NCBI GenBank assembly: GCA_033442325.1
Contig: JAWQFM010000004.1
Coordinates: forward strand, 1,104,431 to 1,159,305
Direction: 5' to 3'
Length of the DNA: 54,875 nucleotides
DNA from: Salpingoeca rosetta
Lineage: Eukaryota; Protista; Choanoflagellata
Shown here: piece after piece, positions 52,193 through 54,875 of the stretch
Position numbering within the stretch: the first letter of the stretch is position 1
How the letters are laid out: every line of letters begins with the position of its first letter
Position numbers and translations under genes: made by a program
The notes under the pieces: model-generated
Told to the model about the DNA's origin: nothing
Database searches by the model: none
Seen by the model: only the letters and a program-made list of their open reading frames with translations

Positions 52193-54875
52193 TCAGAGGT
52201 CCTGACGCGGAGTCGAAGGACGTGGCGACCGGCCCGAATGAGGACGGGCCCGTGGCTGGCAGCCTGGCAGAGGACGCTGGTCGAACAGCATCGTGCAGAA
52301 CTGAGCCGTCTTGGGCCGAGGGAGGATCTTCGTGAGGAGATCTGCGATCATGTGCTCCGTGGCGAGGTAGCTCAGCACAATCCTCTTGGTGTCGACGCAC
52401 TCGCGGATGTAGTGGTACTTGACGAGGATGTGCCGCATGCGCGAGGCGGCGTGTTCGGCAACGCGCTGCGCCGGCTGGTTGTCCGTGTGGACGAGCGTGG
52501 GCTCGCACAGGACGGCGCCAGTGAGCTCCTCCTGGAGTTGGCGAAGGAACATGAGCTCCTGTGCGGTGGCTGCGAGAGCCATGTACTCCGCGTCGGCGGA
52601 GGCTGTGGCTACGGTGGCCTGCAGCTTGGAGTTCCAGGACACGGGGCCCGTGGAACAGAAGACGACGAAGCCCGTGCGGGAACGTCGCGTGTCAACGTCG
52701 GAGGCAAAGGACGCATCCGAGTACGCTGAGAGCACGCCGTCGGCAGTGCTGCCGTTGCTGGCGTCGCCAGTGGCGGCGTACTTGATGGTGTAGGACAAGG
52801 TGCCCTTGATGTAGCGAAGAAGGTGCTTGGCAGCCTTCCAGTGGTCCATGCCGAAGTGCTGCATACGGCGAGACAGGATGGAGACAGCTGCCGAGATGTC
52901 TGGGCGCGTCATCGTCGCAGCATAGAGGAGGGAGCCAAGTAGCTCGCGGAACGGCACGTCCGGGAGTGGCTCCTCCTTGTCGGCTGGCTTGTCGACGTAG
53001 CCCGTGCAGAGCGGCGTGCCGACAGGCTTGCAGTCAGCCATGCCGAAGGTCTCCAGCACGTTGCGCAGGTAGTGCTCCTGGCTCATGGTGACGGTCCTGG
53101 CCTTACGGTCGTGTTGCACCTTGATGCCGAGACATATGTCTGGGCTGCCCAGGTCCTTCATCTTGAAGCGCTTGGAGATGGCCTTCTTGAACGCGGCCAT
53201 GTCGCTGTCGCTGTCGGCGAAGATGAGCAGGTCGTCCACGTAGACGGCAACCCACATCATCTTGCCACCCTTGCAGGTGCGGCGGTAGATGCAGGCGTCC
53301 GTGGCTGTGGCGACGAAGTCCTGCTCGCGCATCCAGGTGTCCAGCGTGTGGTTCCACAGGCGCGGGCTCTGCTTCAGCCCATACAGCCCACGCTTGAGGC
53401 GCAGCACCGTATTCGGCGAGAAGATGCCGTCGACGGCCGGTGGCTGGACGTAGATCTCGTGATCCACGGGCGCGTTGAGGAACGCCGTGTTGACGTCCAT
53501 CTGCTGGATGTCCATGCCACGCGCGACGGCCATGGCGAGCATGGTGCGGATGGCTGCGATGGTAGCCGTCGGGGCAAAGGTGTCCGTGTAGTTGACACCG
53601 TGGACCTGGGAGTAGCCTTTGGCAACCCAGCGCGCCTTGTACTTGATCACCTTGCCCTGGTCATCGCGCTTCCTCCGAAAGATAACCATGCTGCGGAGCA
53701 GCTTGTGGCCCTTGGGAAGGTCAGCGCGAGGCACGACGTCATAGACGTCATTGGCCTGCATTGCCGCAAACTCGTCCAGAATGGCTTGGCGCCACTCCTC
53801 AGAGTCTGGCGAGGCAAGCGCCTCCTTGACGGTGGCTGGCTCAGCTGACGTGGCAACACTGCCAGCAGCGATGTCTGGTAGATGACCACCCACTGCTGAT
53901 ATCTTCTCCCCCGTACCAGCAGCGCTGGTGGCAACGTGACACGTGGTGGTTGAGCCACCAGAGGTGTCCTTGTCGCCGAGGGTCTCGGACACCAGAAGCT
54001 GGTCCCAGACGGAGCCGCCAAGGGCGCGTGGCTGGAGCTGCGGCTCCCCCGCACGTGGTGCAGTGGGAGCGCCAGTGGCACTGTCCTCGGTTGAACGCTG
54101 AGCGATCTTGTTGGCATGCGAAGCAGAGGCTCCGCTGTTGTCCTGCTCTTGCTGCTGCTGAGAGGAGGCGGCATGCTTGTTCTTGATGGCGCCGAAGCGA
54201 GCGTGGATGGTGTGGACAACGCGTCGCGTGTCCGGCATCCAGACGACGTGGGCCTGGTCCTCCTCGGCGAAGCCGACGTAGACGCCAACGCGTGAGCGTG
54301 GGTCAAGCTTGTGCCGCGTGCTGCTCTTCTCCACATGCACGTAGGCCGGCGAGCCGAAGACGCGCAGCAGGCTGACGTCAAAGGCGTGCCCAGTCAGGGC
54401 CTCGAACGGTGACTTGTCCTTGAGGCTCCTGCGTGGCGCGATGTTGTGCAGCAGCGTGGCGTGCTGCACGGCGAAGCCCCAGAACGGCTTGTCCAGGTCC
54501 GCAGCAAACAGCATCGTACGCGCCGTCTCGAAGAGGGTGCGGAAGCTGCGCTCCGCGGATCCGTTCTTGGCCTGCGAGTGCGGTGGCGAGAAGCGCTGCT
54601 TGATGTCGAAGGCCAGGCACAGGTCGGTGAAGTCCTGGCTCTTGAAGACGGCGTCGCTGTCCGTCTGCAGCGTGGCGCCTCGGAGCGCGTTGACGACGTG
54701 ACGGTCCTTGCGCAGCTGCTCCAGGGCCGCACCGACGTCGTTTTTGTGCCGGATGAGGAACGTCCAGGCAAAGCGCGTGCAGTCGTCGATGAAGGTCAGC
54801 GCGTAGCGTGCACCTCGCAGCGACGTCTCCTCCAGCGGACCGGCGATGTCTGCGTAGAGCAGCTGGCATGGCCCA
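52193..54875 (-). CDS. pol: Ty1/copia Pol polyprotein (integrase - reverse transcriptase - RNase H), open frame running off the window
   Basis: Integrase YADIAGP, FIDD, LQTDSD, QAKNGSAER in frame upstream of the listed ORF. RT motifs YKARWVAKGYSQ, QMDVNTAFLN, LYGLKQSPRLW, VYVDDLL. RNase H motifs YSDAS, AEYMAL, TDNQ, ADLLTK. The INT-RT-RH order defines copia. Confidence 0.97.
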   Translation of the reverse strand, partial: GPCQLLYADIAGPLEETSLRGARYALTFIDDCTRFAWTFLIRHKNDVGAALEQLRKDRHVVNALRGATLQTDSDAVFKSQDFTDLCLAFDIKQRFSPPHSQAKNGSAERSFRTLFETARTMLFAADLDKPFWGFAVQHATLLHNIAPRRSLKDKSPFEALTGHAFDVSLLRVFGSPAYVHVEKSSTRHKLDPRSRVGVYVGFAEEDQAHVVWMPDTRRVVHTIHARFGAIKNKHAASSQQQQEQDNSGASASHANKIAQRSTEDSATGAPTAPRAGEPQLQPRALGGSVWDQLLVSETLGDKDTSGGSTTTCHVATSAAGTGEKISAVGGHLPDIAAGSVATSAEPATVKEALASPDSEEWRQAILDEFAAMQANDVYDVVPRADLPKGHKLLRSMVIFRRKRDDQGKVIKYKARWVAKGYSQVHGVNYTDTFAPTATIAAIRTMLAMAVARGMDIQQMDVNTAFLNAPVDHEIYVQPPAVDGIFSPNTVLRLKRGLYGLKQSPRLWNHTLDTWMREQDFVATATDACIYRRTCKGGKMMWVAVYVDDLLIFADSDSDMAAFKKAISKRFKMKDLGSPDICLGIKVQHDRKARTVTMSQEHYLRNVLETFGMADCKPVGTPLCTGYVDKPADKEEPLPDVPFRELLGSLLYAATMTRPDISAAVSILSRRMQHFGMDHWKAAKHLLRYIKGTLSYTIKYAATGDASNGSTADGVLSAYSDASFASDVDTRRSRTGFVVFCSTGPVSWNSKLQATVATASADAEYMALAATAQELMFLRQLQEELTGAVLCEPTLVHTDNQPAQRVAEHAASRMRHILVKYHYIRECVDTKRIVLSYLATEHMIADLLTKILPRPKTAQFCTMLFDQRPLPGCQPRARPHSGRSPRPSTPRQDL

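Overview
Intron-rich eukaryotic DNA with many short exons, GT-AG introns packed with (GT/CA)n microsatellites and GC-rich coding sequence. Style and gene content suggest a choanoflagellate such as Salpingoeca rosetta (inference). Most ORFs in the six-frame track are microsatellite artefacts. Supported content, in order: (1) three secreted-protein paralogs sharing an N-terminal 'D..G.(L/V)H(I/V)...V..NGV.V + coiled coil' module, two of them intronless 7-bladed beta-propellers that are both frameshifted in blade 5; (2) a frameshifted unknown gene; (3) a ~480-bp compositionally foreign, ORF-free, hairpin-dense island at 3510-3990; (4) a degenerate Ulp1/C48-like protease gene; (5) a TM-LRR-coiled-coil-TKL kinase-PARP/ART fusion gene whose stalk is seven tandem exon+intron units; (6) a complete TRPM2-like channel with a NUDT9-H domain whose Nudix box reads RKFLEE; (7) an ~18-kb inverted duplication giving two LRR-FN3 receptors with near-identical ectodomains but unrelated TM and cytoplasmic tails, with an intronless membrane-protein gene in the spacer; (8) an assembly gap; (9) two nested Ty1/copia LTR retrotransposons. 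All calls come from reading the sequence by eye; no searches were run.
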